Shown here piece by piece: positions 36,109-46,240 of a stretch of 64,000 nucleotides of DNA. The position numbers and the translations under genes were made by a program. Each line of letters begins with the position of its first letter. Positions within the stretch are counted from its first letter, which is position 1. Origin of the DNA: a virus. Lineage: Duplodnaviria > Caudoviricetes. The notes below the pieces were generated by a model. That model ran no database searches. It saw only the letters and a list, made by a program, of their open reading frames with translations, and had not been told where the DNA came from. Location: the IMG/VR virus record IMGVR_UViG_3300038461_000042, positions 1,503 through 65,502 of that record; one strand, written 5' to 3'.

Positions 36109-36331
36109 GGTCGCGCTGGTCTACTATCAGCCCATTCAAAAGCTGATAGAAGGCGTTAATGGACATTCTTATTACGTCGATCCGAAATGGGGCGTCCCTT
36201 TGGTATGGGTGGAACCAGAGGATGTAAATGTGATGCTGTCCCTGATTGGAGGGTGTTGTGGAGGACACAGACAGTTATTCCATAGGGCGGGAGAAATGGA
36301 GATAAAAGTGTTTGAAACAGGACATTACTGA
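36101..36331 (+). CDS. Small Cys-tail protein (GGCCGG)
   Basis: 76 aa; resembles 54610-54915. Confidence 0.55.
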   Translation: MNRVALVYYQPIQKLIEGVNGHSYYVDPKWGVPLVWVEPEDVNVMLSLIGGCCGGHRQLFHRAGEMEIKVFETGHY

Positions 36332-36364
36332 TTTTTGTGATAAAATAGAGGGGAAAGGATAAAA

Positions 36365-36997
36365 ATGATAAGCATAATCATTCCCCATTACGAAAAATCA
36401 GAACTTACGAATCAACTCGTACTTTCGCTACGAAGATACTGCCACGATTTAGAGATACTTGTTTTTGATGATGGCTCAAAAGTGCCTTATCAAAATCCAG
36501 ACATTGTTGTTTGCCGTGTTGATGAGAACATTGGCTTTTTATACGCTTCCAGGGCAGGATTGGTCGTCGCGAAGGGCGACATCAAAATTCTGATGAATAA
36601 TGATGTATTGGTAACGGGAGACTTCATTCCTATGGTTGAGAAGCAGATAAAGTCCTCCCCACTTTCGCTGGTCGGGAACACACTTCTAAAGCATGATACC
36701 GGATGGAATACCTTCAATGGTAAGGTCTTTCCCTACCTTGAGGGTTATTTCCTGGCCGCCTCCAAAGAGATATGGAATGATATTTCATTTGATACTAGAT
36801 TTGCCCCGAATGACTTCGAGGACATTGATTTATCGACTCAGGCATACGCGCTGGGTTATCCAGTTATTGCGCTCAACTCCCCATTTATAAAGCACATGGG
36901 GGCAGGAACGCTCGGATACAATCCAGCGCGCGAGAAGATAACGCGCAGGAACCAGAAACTATTTGAGGCCAAATGGATAAAATCAAAATCTGCCTGA
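36365..36997 (+). CDS. Glycosyltransferase family 2
   Basis: ISIIIPHY, FDDGS, LMNND and FEDIDL. Confidence 0.9.
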   Translation: MISIIIPHYEKSELTNQLVLSLRRYCHDLEILVFDDGSKVPYQNPDIVVCRVDENIGFLYASRAGLVVAKGDIKILMNNDVLVTGDFIPMVEKQIKSSPLSLVGNTLLKHDTGWNTFNGKVFPYLEGYFLAASKEIWNDISFDTRFAPNDFEDIDLSTQAYALGYPVIALNSPFIKHMGAGTLGYNPAREKITRRNQKLFEAKWIKSKSA

Positions 36998-37881
36998 GTT
37001 ACCTGATTTATCCAATGAGTATGGCGACATATATTCGTCGCGCACTGGAAAGGCGCGATGATATAGAATTGTTTACAGCTGGACCCTATTTTGGAGATTG
37101 GTTGCCGTGGAATTCGGGTATGCGCCTGCCCGCAAAATACGTCCAACCCGTAGACTTTGCCCTTCCAACCCAATATAGTTATCCTCCGTGGTCAATCATC
37201 AAAGCACAACTTCCATGGAAGCCAGACCTGGTTTTACAAGTGGATGCTGGATTTCATTATGCCGATAAACCAGATTGTTTGACCGCAACGGTAGGGACAG
37301 ACCCACACGTCCTGAATTATGATGCTCCCCGGAAATACTCTGACCGATTTTTTTGTATGCAGGCGACCTACATGAAAACGGGGGACATGTTTCTTCCTTA
37401 CGCATTTGACCCGACTGTTCACTTCCCCGACCCCATTATTACGGAGGATAATGATGCTTGCCTTATCGGACTTCACTATGATAATCGAAATATCTTGGTA
37501 AGACGATTGAGAGAATTGGGGCATTCAGTTATCTATGAACTCGGCCCCATCTTCGATGAATACAGGCAGTTGAATTGTCGGGCAACAATAGGATTGAACT
37601 GGTCAAGCCTGAACGATGTTTGTGCCAGGGTATTTGAAATAATGGGGATGCAGAGAGTACCCATAATCAATCGTGTCCCCGACCTTGAAAGCCTCGGACT
37701 TATCGAGAATGTTCACTACTATGGCTTTTCTTCGATGGATGAGGCGATACAGAAGGTTGAGATTGCCTTGAAGAACCCGGAAGAAGCCTCACAGATAGCA
37801 CAAAATGCCCACGAGAAGGTTGTCAAAGAGGATACATGGGATTTTAGAGTTGAACAAATTCTAAAGGAGTGTGGACTATGA
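36973..37881 (+). CDS. CgeB-like GT-B glycosyltransferase
   Basis: FLPYAFDPTVH, IGLN…DVCARVFEIMG, and H…W..RVEQIL. Confidence 0.85.
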   Translation: MDKIKICLSYLIYPMSMATYIRRALERRDDIELFTAGPYFGDWLPWNSGMRLPAKYVQPVDFALPTQYSYPPWSIIKAQLPWKPDLVLQVDAGFHYADKPDCLTATVGTDPHVLNYDAPRKYSDRFFCMQATYMKTGDMFLPYAFDPTVHFPDPIITEDNDACLIGLHYDNRNILVRRLRELGHSVIYELGPIFDEYRQLNCRATIGLNWSSLNDVCARVFEIMGMQRVPIINRVPDLESLGLIENVHYYGFSSMDEAIQKVEIALKNPEEASQIAQNAHEKVVKEDTWDFRVEQILKECGL

Positions 37882-38692
37882 TAATGTTTTTAATCATTTT
37901 TACCATGGCAGTTTTCTTAACTGGATTTTTATGTGGATGGTTGCTCGGGCGACAATGAAAGTATCCATTATCATGTCTTGTACCGACAGATTGACCAACC
38001 TCAAGAGAACCTTGACTTCGTGGTCAAAAATTACCTATCCAGATTATGAGTTCTTATTGATAGACAACGGCAGTAAAAATTATGATGGAGTCCGCGAATT
38101 GTCACGGGGCCTATTGGGAGTTATTCCTATTCCCTATCCTCACATGGGAGTGAATAAGATTTGGAACGAATACGGCAGGTTCTCCGATGGAGAATATGTC
38201 ATCTTTGCCATGGCGGATGAGATTCTTTCTGATTACGACATTGTTCAGAAGATGGTTGCCTATGGAGAGCAACGCTGCACCCTGAACGCCTATTTCCTTG
38301 GCGCAGCCCTCACGGACGCGCTTGATACAATAGATTGGGAGAATAACCCAAGACTGATTGAATCTCTTCCGGGCTTTGGAGAATTCGAGTATCAGAACAA
38401 ACCCAACAGAGAGAGAACAGACGCCAGCCTTTTATCCCACATAATTGGGTGGACGCGCGAGAGGTGGGATTGGTTCGGCTGGTTCAGGAATAATGATAGA
38501 GGGCATTTATGGCTCGATCAGGATGTTGTGATTAGGAGCAATGTTCTGGGTATAAAGTCTCAAACTCTGAATTCATGTTATCATCAGTGGCACGAGCAGA
38601 TTGTTTATCCCGAATGGTTGGCTCCTGGATACCATCCGGTCAATGAAAGACAGGCGAGACTCTTGGAAGAGTCGGAAAGAGATAAATCGTGA
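37871..38692 (+). CDS. Glycosyltransferase family 2 (galactosyltransferase-like C-terminus)
   Basis: VSIIMS, IDNGS, AD, DQD and YHQWH; real start probably MKVS near 37955. Confidence 0.8.
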   Translation: MDYDNVFNHFYHGSFLNWIFMWMVARATMKVSIIMSCTDRLTNLKRTLTSWSKITYPDYEFLLIDNGSKNYDGVRELSRGLLGVIPIPYPHMGVNKIWNEYGRFSDGEYVIFAMADEILSDYDIVQKMVAYGEQRCTLNAYFLGAALTDALDTIDWENNPRLIESLPGFGEFEYQNKPNRERTDASLLSHIIGWTRERWDWFGWFRNNDRGHLWLDQDVVIRSNVLGIKSQTLNSCYHQWHEQIVYPEWLAPGYHPVNERQARLLEESERDKS

Positions 38693-39087
38693 CATTACCA
38701 AAACTTAACCCAATAAAAGTAATCAAGTTCTCCGGTGATAGAAAATCGGCCATGACGCTTACAGGAAAGATGGTTTATCGCAAAGACAAACTTTACATGG
38801 GGAAAGAGTACGGAATGGTCGCGGTAGCTGGTTATGGCCCCCATTTTATCTACACAGACCCGGATATGGACGAAAAAACAGGCAACTGGCCTCCGGGAGA
38901 ACAATACGTTGGTCGTTTTAGCCCAATGTGTACGTGCAATTCGCCGGCCGGAATTGTAGGCGCGAACGTGTATGCCGGAAGCGCGTCTCCAACGGGAAAG
39001 AAAGATAGTACCACTCCCGGACAAATGATAGTATGTTTATTCGCCGCCCAAAATGGCGGGACGCACATGGATGGTTCTCACGATTAA
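38689..39087 (+). CDS. Hypothetical protein, Cys/His-containing
   Basis: CTCNS…VC…H; coupled within the cluster. Confidence 0.55.
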   Translation: MTLPKLNPIKVIKFSGDRKSAMTLTGKMVYRKDKLYMGKEYGMVAVAGYGPHFIYTDPDMDEKTGNWPPGEQYVGRFSPMCTCNSPAGIVGANVYAGSASPTGKKDSTTPGQMIVCLFAAQNGGTHMDGSHD

Positions 39088-39089
39088 AT

Positions 39090-40001
39090 ATGAATGATAA
39101 AGAAGGGTTCGAGAAAGATATAGCCATAAAGTCAAACCGCAGATACGCGATAGCGTGTTCGCATCCCAACTACATGGCCCTTTTATCAACGATGTCAGAT
39201 AAGAACAAGAGGCGGTTGAAAGCCGGGCAAGAAGTTATCCTTTCCACTGTTGGTACAACATTACCGGACATTTTACAACTTGGACTGACTCCGGTTTTCG
39301 TGGACGTAGATATACCGACCTTCAACGCCAATCCCTGCCTTGTCGAAGAAGCGGTGAACGAAAACACGGGCGCGATTCATCTCCAACACACACTTGGTAA
39401 TCCGATAGCAATTCAGTATATTTCGGATAGAGTCTTGGAAGGAAGTTATATTTGGGGAGTGTTCGATTGTGGTTCTGCCATTGGAGGAACGTGTACGGGA
39501 ACTTACGAGGGACAACCGATTGGGAACTTTGGACACCTTTCGACATTTTCGTTCAAACACGCCGGGATTATATTAACCGACTCTGTTCATCTGGAAGAAC
39601 TTCTAAGAACTTACTGCCACTGTCATTATTCGATAGAACCTATTCCAAACAGTATAAAGACCCATCGCGATAACTGGAAATACTATCACGAAGCCTTCAA
39701 GAGCGAACTGAGCGAGTATTTTATCTTACCAGAGCCTCATCACATGGCCGACCCGAACTGGTTAGGATTTTGTGTTGTTTATCAAGGTGACAGAGAAAAG
39801 CTGTTACAATATCTGAAAAAGAAAGGCATCTTGACTCACCAATTACCCATTCAAAATTATCATGGCTATAAACTGATTGGAACTTCCAAGAACACAGAAA
39901 TCATGCAGAATAAGTCGTTCTGGATTGACGTGGGAAAGACTGTAACGCCCGAGATAAGAGAGTACGTTGTAGATACGATGAAGAAAGGATGTAGGCAATG
40001 A
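39090..40001 (+). CDS. Degenerate DegT/DnrJ family protein (RfbH/DdhC-like)
   Basis: RLKAGQEVI, GLTPVFVDVDIPTFN, HTLGNP, FGHLSTFSF, DPNWLGF and SFWIDV; the catalytic loop is shortened. Confidence 0.75.
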   Translation: MNDKEGFEKDIAIKSNRRYAIACSHPNYMALLSTMSDKNKRRLKAGQEVILSTVGTTLPDILQLGLTPVFVDVDIPTFNANPCLVEEAVNENTGAIHLQHTLGNPIAIQYISDRVLEGSYIWGVFDCGSAIGGTCTGTYEGQPIGNFGHLSTFSFKHAGIILTDSVHLEELLRTYCHCHYSIEPIPNSIKTHRDNWKYYHEAFKSELSEYFILPEPHHMADPNWLGFCVVYQGDREKLLQYLKKKGILTHQLPIQNYHGYKLIGTSKNTEIMQNKSFWIDVGKTVTPEIREYVVDTMKKGCRQ

Positions 40002-40759
40002 CTATCCAGTTATGTCTCGGTGATTGCCTGAAATACATGAAGTCCATGCCAGATAAGAGCGTGGACGCGGTGATTACTGACCCGCCGTATAATGTGAGCG
40101 TTGAGGGCGCAAAGATAGCGCGTGGAGCGGGAACGGTTTTTGAGGGCGGCGACATAAGCCTAGACTTTGGCGCATGGGACAGGAACGTAATCAAATGGGA
40201 AGATTATATTGATTTGTTTGTAAATTTACTTACGCCCAACGGTGTCCTGGTTATGTTCTATGACAAACTCTATCTAGGCTCAATTGGAATTTACCTGCAG
40301 TCGAAATATAATTTTCAGGTTCGGCATATTGGCGCAATGGTAAAAACTAATCCGGCCCCACAAGCATGGCGCGTAAAGTGGCAAAATGGATTAGAGCAAT
40401 TTATAGTCGCCACGAAAAATAAAGGCGAGGGACACCATTTTAATTATCACCAAGGGCAATCTCCAGATTACATAATTACCAATAATGGATACGAGCATTT
40501 CCATCCAACCCAAAAGCCACTACTCGCAATGGATTGGATTACACGGTTTTGGAGTTTTGAAGGTGACACTATCTTTGACCCCTTCATGGGTTCTGGTACG
40601 ACCGGAGTAGCCTGTGTGCAACTTGGAAGAAACTTCATCGGCTGTGAGATTGAACCAAAATACTTTGAGATTGCAAAAAATAGAATTGCACAAGCGGAAC
40701 TTCAACCACAATTATTTACAGAGAAAAAGCAGGAAGAAAAACAAGAGGATTTATTATGA
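39998..40759 (+). CDS. DNA N4/N6 methyltransferase (beta class)
   Basis: TDPPY, HPTQKP and DPFMGSGTTG. Confidence 0.93.
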   Translation: MTIQLCLGDCLKYMKSMPDKSVDAVITDPPYNVSVEGAKIARGAGTVFEGGDISLDFGAWDRNVIKWEDYIDLFVNLLTPNGVLVMFYDKLYLGSIGIYLQSKYNFQVRHIGAMVKTNPAPQAWRVKWQNGLEQFIVATKNKGEGHHFNYHQGQSPDYIITNNGYEHFHPTQKPLLAMDWITRFWSFEGDTIFDPFMGSGTTGVACVQLGRNFIGCEIEPKYFEIAKNRIAQAELQPQLFTEKKQEEKQEDLL

Positions 40760-41496
40760 GAACCGCTTTTTTGCTCACTGGGAATTCACAAACCTATGAA
40801 TATTGCTTTCCATCAACCAAGAAGCATATCCTGGATGTCTACCATCCAGACGTGTTTTTATGTACCAACGAGGGGCATGATAAGATACTAAGTTTGTATC
40901 AACCCCAAGACTATTGTATTCTTCCAGGTGAGTTCATTCTTTCCATGGCAATGAAGTTGAGGGTTCAAAAGCATGGTGTTCCCAAGTATGACCTCCTGAA
41001 AGCCAAAGACCTTGAGGCAAACTGGAAGGTTCGTTGGTGTAATCTGGCAAAACAACAAGTCGAATGGTCTAACGACTTCCGATATGACGCGGTTCTAGTC
41101 GGTAGATTCGATGTCAAATATTGTTACGTCCAGCCCATTGAAGAGGTGGAAGAAAGTGTCATTTATATCCCCATGAAAGATGCTCACCAGTAACTTCCCG
41201 GAGAGGATGGCCTTACTTATCGGGGCTACTCTAATCAACTATGCTGGATGAATTCACAGACCGCAGACTCATTGATAGGAGAAACGCTCTTTGGAGACGT
41301 GGACTATGTGAGAGAGTCGGGTTTCAAGGTCAATGATGAGCCGGAAAAGCTCCTGAAGTATGTCTGTGATGCCAAAGGCATAAAGAGGGAATTTGTGAAT
41401 ATTGGGATGCAAATTATAAAAGGAGACTCAATCAACCCCCTTGCCCACGACTTTGGTTCTCTCGAAAGATACCCGGAATATCTAGGAAAGGATTAG
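40756..41496 (+). pseudogene. Putative glycosyltransferase interrupted by an in-frame TAA (41191-41193)
   Basis: ORFs 40756-41193 and 41248-41496 share a frame; the read-through aligns by eye with intact paralog 44403-45233. Confidence 0.65.
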
Positions 41497-41498
41497 CA

Positions 41499-42500
41499 AT
41501 GAAGATTGATTTACTATGTTCGGACGGGAGTCCTTTGGGGGTAACCACCGCCACCCTTCGCGGAGACGACTCGCGCCAAATAGGGATCGGCGGAGCTGAA
41601 CTAGCACTCTTGACCATGTGTGAGCTTTGGGCGGCGGCAGGGCATGATGTCAATCTCTACAACAACCCCAGGAGTTATGAGCAATCCCAATTTCATCAAT
41701 CCAACATTCAAGACTTCAACGGAGCCGAAGATAGGGACGTACTCATTGTTTTTCGGTCGCCTACATTGAAGGTAGATGGAGCCAAAGGCAAGAAAATATG
41801 GTGGAGTACAGACCAGTTCACCATCGGTTCCTTCAAAGAATTTGCTCCTCATGTAGACAAAATTGTTACCATTAGCCCATTTCACGCCGAATACTTCAAA
41901 AGCGAGTATGGGATTGAGAACACCATAACGATTGACCTCCCAGTGAGGACTTGGGAATACGAACAGAACATTCCCAAGGTTCCCCATCGTTGCATCTTTA
42001 CATCGGTTCCAGACCGAGGACTTGGAGAACTGCTTTCGATGTGGCCGAAGATTTTAGCGGAAGTTCCGGGCGCGAGTCTTGTAGTCACCTCGGATTACAG
42101 ACTTTGGGGAGTACCCTTCGCCGGAACAGAGAGATATATCACACAGGCCATGAGAATACCCGGAGTAACTATGTTGGGGGCGGTAAAGAGGCCTCGATTG
42201 GTGGAAGAACAGTTGAGGGCGGAAGTGTTCTCATATCCGTGCTGCTACATGGAGCTGGCTTGTTACGCGGTTATGGAGGCGCAGGTCGCCGGCGCGTTCC
42301 CAATCACCTACGACATTGGAGCGTTGAATACTTCCAATATGGGATGGTTCGCCTCCAAGGGCGATTTTGTGGAAAAGGTTGTCCATGCCTTGACTTCCCC
42401 AATGGATGAATACCGAAGCAATGTTAGAAGTTTATCCAGAGCGCGCTTTTCCCCCGAAAGGATACTGAAAGAATGGGACAAAGTTTTCGCATCGCAATGA
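41499..42500 (+). CDS. Glycosyltransferase family 4
   Basis: IGGAE, FTSVPDRGL, YP…E..CYAVMEAQ.AG. Confidence 0.9.
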   Translation: MKIDLLCSDGSPLGVTTATLRGDDSRQIGIGGAELALLTMCELWAAAGHDVNLYNNPRSYEQSQFHQSNIQDFNGAEDRDVLIVFRSPTLKVDGAKGKKIWWSTDQFTIGSFKEFAPHVDKIVTISPFHAEYFKSEYGIENTITIDLPVRTWEYEQNIPKVPHRCIFTSVPDRGLGELLSMWPKILAEVPGASLVVTSDYRLWGVPFAGTERYITQAMRIPGVTMLGAVKRPRLVEEQLRAEVFSYPCCYMELACYAVMEAQVAGAFPITYDIGALNTSNMGWFASKGDFVEKVVHALTSPMDEYRSNVRSLSRARFSPERILKEWDKVFASQ

Positions 42501-43615
42501 TTTCTGACATGGATGCCACGGGGTCTGGTTACGCGTCCATTACAACCGCCCTCGGAAGCAGGCTTGCCAATCTTGGACACGAGGTCAAGATAATCGGTCT
42601 ATCCTATCAAGGACAAGAGCATAATTTCAAATTCTCGCTCTTTCCCTGCACAGGGTTGAATGATGCCTATAATATGCTCTACCAGATGAAAACGCTTTTC
42701 AATCCAGACGTAGTAATAGGACTGGCCGACATTCCCAACCAGGAACCTTTATGCAAGATGGCAAAGGAATTCGACATTCCTTATATCTGTATTACTCCGA
42801 TGGAAAACGGCCCTCTCTGTGCAACCTGGGCGATGATTCTATTGCAAGTCAGTAAGTGTTACGTCATGTCTGAATTCGCAGTAAAAGAGTGTGAAAAGAT
42901 GGGGGTCAATGCTGAACACTTGATTATTGGGATAGACACAGAGGCTTGGAGGCCGCCCACTCAAGAGGAACGCGAGAAGCTGAGGGAATCTCTTGGGGTG
43001 ACGAATGAGTTTGTCATCCTGACCGTGGCAGACAATCAAGAGAGAAAGAATCTATGGGGAGCCTTCGCCTCACTTGAAATATTCAAAGATAAGTGTAAGA
43101 AGCCCTTTAAGTATTGGTTGGTTACAAGAGAGAACCAATTTGTCGGATATAGACTCCGTGATTTAGCACAAATTCATGGAGTGTCGCAGGAGACAATGAT
43201 ATTCGAGCGCGGGATGCCGTTTAAGCAACTATGGGGCCTGTTCGCCGCCGCAGACATGTTCCTCTTGGTAAGTAAGGCCGAAGGTTTGGGAATGCCGGTG
43301 CTTGAAGCAATGTCCTGTGGACTTCCGGTAATGGCAATTCAGACCGGCGCGCTGATAGAACACCTCGCGGACAAGCGCGGCATCTTGGTTCCTCCCGAAT
43401 ATTCGTTTACAGATACCTGGGGCAACTCGCGCAGAGACATGATAAACCGAGCGCATTGTGCCCTGTCTTTGATTGATTTTGTTGAGAAAATAACGGTTCC
43501 TAATGTTGAGGAAGCCCGAAAGTACGTGACGAATCGGAATTGGGATAAGTCGGTAGAGCAATTGCTCAAAGGAATTGAAGATGTCTCGAAAAAAGTCCAA
43601 GAACCTGTCCAATAA
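42473..43615 (+). CDS. Glycosyltransferase family 4
   Basis: VADNQERKN and SKAEGLGMPVLEAMSCGLPV. Confidence 0.92.
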   Translation: MGQSFRIAMISDMDATGSGYASITTALGSRLANLGHEVKIIGLSYQGQEHNFKFSLFPCTGLNDAYNMLYQMKTLFNPDVVIGLADIPNQEPLCKMAKEFDIPYICITPMENGPLCATWAMILLQVSKCYVMSEFAVKECEKMGVNAEHLIIGIDTEAWRPPTQEEREKLRESLGVTNEFVILTVADNQERKNLWGAFASLEIFKDKCKKPFKYWLVTRENQFVGYRLRDLAQIHGVSQETMIFERGMPFKQLWGLFAAADMFLLVSKAEGLGMPVLEAMSCGLPVMAIQTGALIEHLADKRGILVPPEYSFTDTWGNSRRDMINRAHCALSLIDFVEKITVPNVEEARKYVTNRNWDKSVEQLLKGIEDVSKKVQEPVQ

Positions 43616-44402
43616 GTTGTCCGAAAACTTAGTGGATGTCTGCCTCCTGACCTGCTCTATGGTCAAACCAGAGATATTCAGGAAGTGCATCGACGCGATA
43701 AAAAGCGAGATGGAATCTATTCCCTCGCGTCTTATCATTTTCCAGAACGGCCCCATTGTCAATAAATATGATTATCCAGAACTCCCTCTATTGACCAGAC
43801 TGACTTCTTCCCCGCAAAGACTCGGCTTTCCCGCCGGCGCGAATAGAGTCATTCGCTCTGGACATGCGCCACTCGTTTTATTTATCACGGACGATATTAT
43901 CTTGAAGCCGAAGTGCTTGAACGCTTTGGTAAGACGGATGGATGACCCATCTATCGGGATATGTGGGTTGAAACTCTTATTCCCGCCCGACTCGGACGAA
44001 TCGGGGCCCCGGGGAACGGTTCAGCATGTCGGGCATGGGATAAGTATTAAGGGTTCAATTACCCACCCATTCCTAGGTTGGTCGGCAGATAATCCAAAGT
44101 GTTGTGTTTCAAGGGAGGTTGCCTCAGTAACGGGGGGCTGCTTCATGGTTCGGAGGGGAGTCTTTGAAAAAGCTGGAGGCTTTTTCGAGGGTTATGGTAC
44201 TGGCTACTTTGAGGACGTAGATTTATGCTTTACCATTGCAAAGATGGGGCATAAAGTTTTCATTGACACTGATGCCCAGGCTTGGCATTATGTGGGCATG
44301 TCAATGCGCCAAGTCGAAAGACCGCCCATGCAATTTAACGAAATGATCCTGCACGTAAGACATCCGGGGGAATTCAGATGGTCGGAATTTGAAATATATT
44401 GA
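43581..44402 (+). CDS. Glycosyltransferase family 2 (WbbL-like)
   Basis: GFPAGAN, TDD, VTGGCFMVRR.VFEKAGGF and YFEDVDLC. Confidence 0.9.
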   Translation: MSRKKSKNLSNKLSENLVDVCLLTCSMVKPEIFRKCIDAIKSEMESIPSRLIIFQNGPIVNKYDYPELPLLTRLTSSPQRLGFPAGANRVIRSGHAPLVLFITDDIILKPKCLNALVRRMDDPSIGICGLKLLFPPDSDESGPRGTVQHVGHGISIKGSITHPFLGWSADNPKCCVSREVASVTGGCFMVRRGVFEKAGGFFEGYGTGYFEDVDLCFTIAKMGHKVFIDTDAQAWHYVGMSMRQVERPPMQFNEMILHVRHPGEFRWSEFEIY

Positions 44403-45233
44403 TTACCAGTAAAATCCCTCGGCATGAGGCGGTTCTTTGGGAGCCGCTTTTTGTTTTGTCTTTTTTGTTTCCCATTCTTGGGGAAGATATTCTGGGTGTA
44501 CCTTCGTGGATAATGGCAACCATGGCGGAAGTCCTTCCAACGGATTCTCGCTCGACCCACGAATAAGCATAAATTTAACATCCGTGTATTCCACATTGAT
44601 TTTCATCTTGTCACAGATATGTTTTGTCATAGCCTCCCCGCACCAATTGCCGGTCTCTTTATAGTAATCATCCGACCAGTTATAAGAGTTAAGCATGAAA
44701 CAGGCCGTAATAGAGTCTGCCCACCAGATATGAGTACATAGTCCCATGCCCCAATGAATTCCATGTCTATCGGCCTTTTTTCCAAACGCATCTATTCGAG
44801 GAATATAGAATGTGTTTTTCTTTGGTTTCTTGATTGGTTGTATGTTTAAGAACTTTGCGTCTGGGCGCGTGGAAACCACAATGTCATAATTGCCATGTTT
44901 CGCTTCATGGTCTCTTAACATTTCCCGACACCGCCATGATTTATACAAGAACGACAAGTCCCTGAATGGAATAATGGGGTAATCTTTATAGGGTCCTGGG
45001 TTGGGAACAGATTCGCCGTATCTGTACCATCTCTGTCCAATAATCTTCTTTTCCTCTTCCCATGATGTTATTTCTATAGCCAAAGGATGGTACGTTTCAC
45101 GTACCAAATCCCCTTGAGTATCAGTTGCAATAAAAATATCGGGGTGATACTTTTCGATTAAATGTTTGCGAAGAGAGGGGGCGCAGAACAAAAATGTTCT
45201 TGGCTGACCATAAATGCACAATGCCATTTTCAT
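44403..45233 (-). CDS. Putative glycosyltransferase (ALCIYGQPR…YDIVVSTRPD family)
   Basis: MKMALCIYGQPRT and YDIVVSTRPD motifs; abuts the convergent gene with no gap. Confidence 0.65.
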   Translation of the reverse strand: MKMALCIYGQPRTFLFCAPSLRKHLIEKYHPDIFIATDTQGDLVRETYHPLAIEITSWEEEKKIIGQRWYRYGESVPNPGPYKDYPIIPFRDLSFLYKSWRCREMLRDHEAKHGNYDIVVSTRPDAKFLNIQPIKKPKKNTFYIPRIDAFGKKADRHGIHWGMGLCTHIWWADSITACFMLNSYNWSDDYYKETGNWCGEAMTKHICDKMKINVEYTDVKFMLIRGSSENPLEGLPPWLPLSTKVHPEYLPQEWETKKTKQKAAPKEPPHAEGFYW

Positions 45234-46240
45234 ATAGTGATTACTCGGTTCTTGAGACCTTCTTTCCCGATTCTCTCAATAACCTGTTCCCGTTGCATCT
45301 GAGCGATAACAACGATTGGAAAATCGCCTTCAACATGATTTAAGACTGGAATTCCACCAATGGTCTGACCCTCGAATGCAGTGTCATTATCAACATAATG
45401 AATCACGTTCAGGGGAACTTGCTTGAGAAGTAAAAGACAAATATCCCCAATTCCCCATACAATAACGGGGCCGGAAATTTTCTTCATCTTTTCTATTTTT
45501 GCCTCAATATTTCCCTCGCACCATTCTTTGGCTTGGTAATACACTTCTTTCTCGTTTGGTTTTTCGTATAGAACGCGGAAGGCAGGATAATGATGACTTT
45601 CTACGATATAGTTATGAATAGCAACCGGATAATAACCATATCTTTCCAATAGTGCATTGAGGGTACGCGTAGTAAAGTGATTGATATGTTTCTGGCTGTA
45701 ATCCATAATTGGTAAAATGTTGATCCTGACCATTTTGGTTGCATCGGGAACATCCACAATGATTTTCCCGGTAGTATGAGAGGTCAATCTATCCATAACG
45801 GACTTCATATCATAAACATGCTCTAGGACATGAGAGGCGATTAGCAAATCTATACTTTGCGGCAATTCATCCCCAACATTCACAGTGGTTACATCGAGAT
45901 AGCCAAATTTTCTAAGTCGCATTTCTACATATCCCTCAGTTCCGCCAAAATCAACAATACGCGCATCCTTATGCGGTTCGGTGTCCATAACAAAATCAAT
46001 CAATCCATCAAGCCTGTCATGACTTTCCTTGCCCAAAAGAGCAGGTTCCGAGTCGTATCGGACTTTGTAATAGGCATCATAATCTTCTTGTGTTTTGTCG
46101 TTGGAATAAAATATCATTCCGCATTCACACAGGCAGATGTCATTGTGGTTCGGAAGTTCCCATCCATCCGGTACGACGAAATCCATTCCCCACGCAACGG
46201 TTTTATTCTTGCTTCCACAGGCCGGGCAATTACGACTCAT
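45230..46240 (-). CDS. SAM-dependent sugar methyltransferase-like protein
   Basis: CPACG…CECG Zn site, VDFGG, SHVLEH, HINHF and C-terminal VWGIG domain. Confidence 0.8.
   Translation of the reverse strand: MSRNCPACGSKNKTVAWGMDFVVPDGWELPNHNDICLCECGMIFYSNDKTQEDYDAYYKVRYDSEPALLGKESHDRLDGLIDFVMDTEPHKDARIVDFGGTEGYVEMRLRKFGYLDVTTVNVGDELPQSIDLLIASHVLEHVYDMKSVMDRLTSHTTGKIIVDVPDATKMVRINILPIMDYSQKHINHFTTRTLNALLERYGYYPVAIHNYIVESHHYPAFRVLYEKPNEKEVYYQAKEWCEGNIEAKIEKMKKISGPVIVWGIGDICLLLLKQVPLNVIHYVDNDTAFEGQTIGGIPVLNHVEGDFPIVVIAQMQREQVIERIGKEGLKNRVITI

Noticed and set aside
39998-40759. DNA methyltransferase as part of the sugar pathway or an R-M system
   Set aside because: It has canonical DNA MTase motifs and no adjacent restriction gene; it is probably an orphan insertion.
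41191-41193. Genome-wide stop-codon reassignment
   Set aside because: TAA, TAG and TGA all end many well-defined genes; this is an isolated case.
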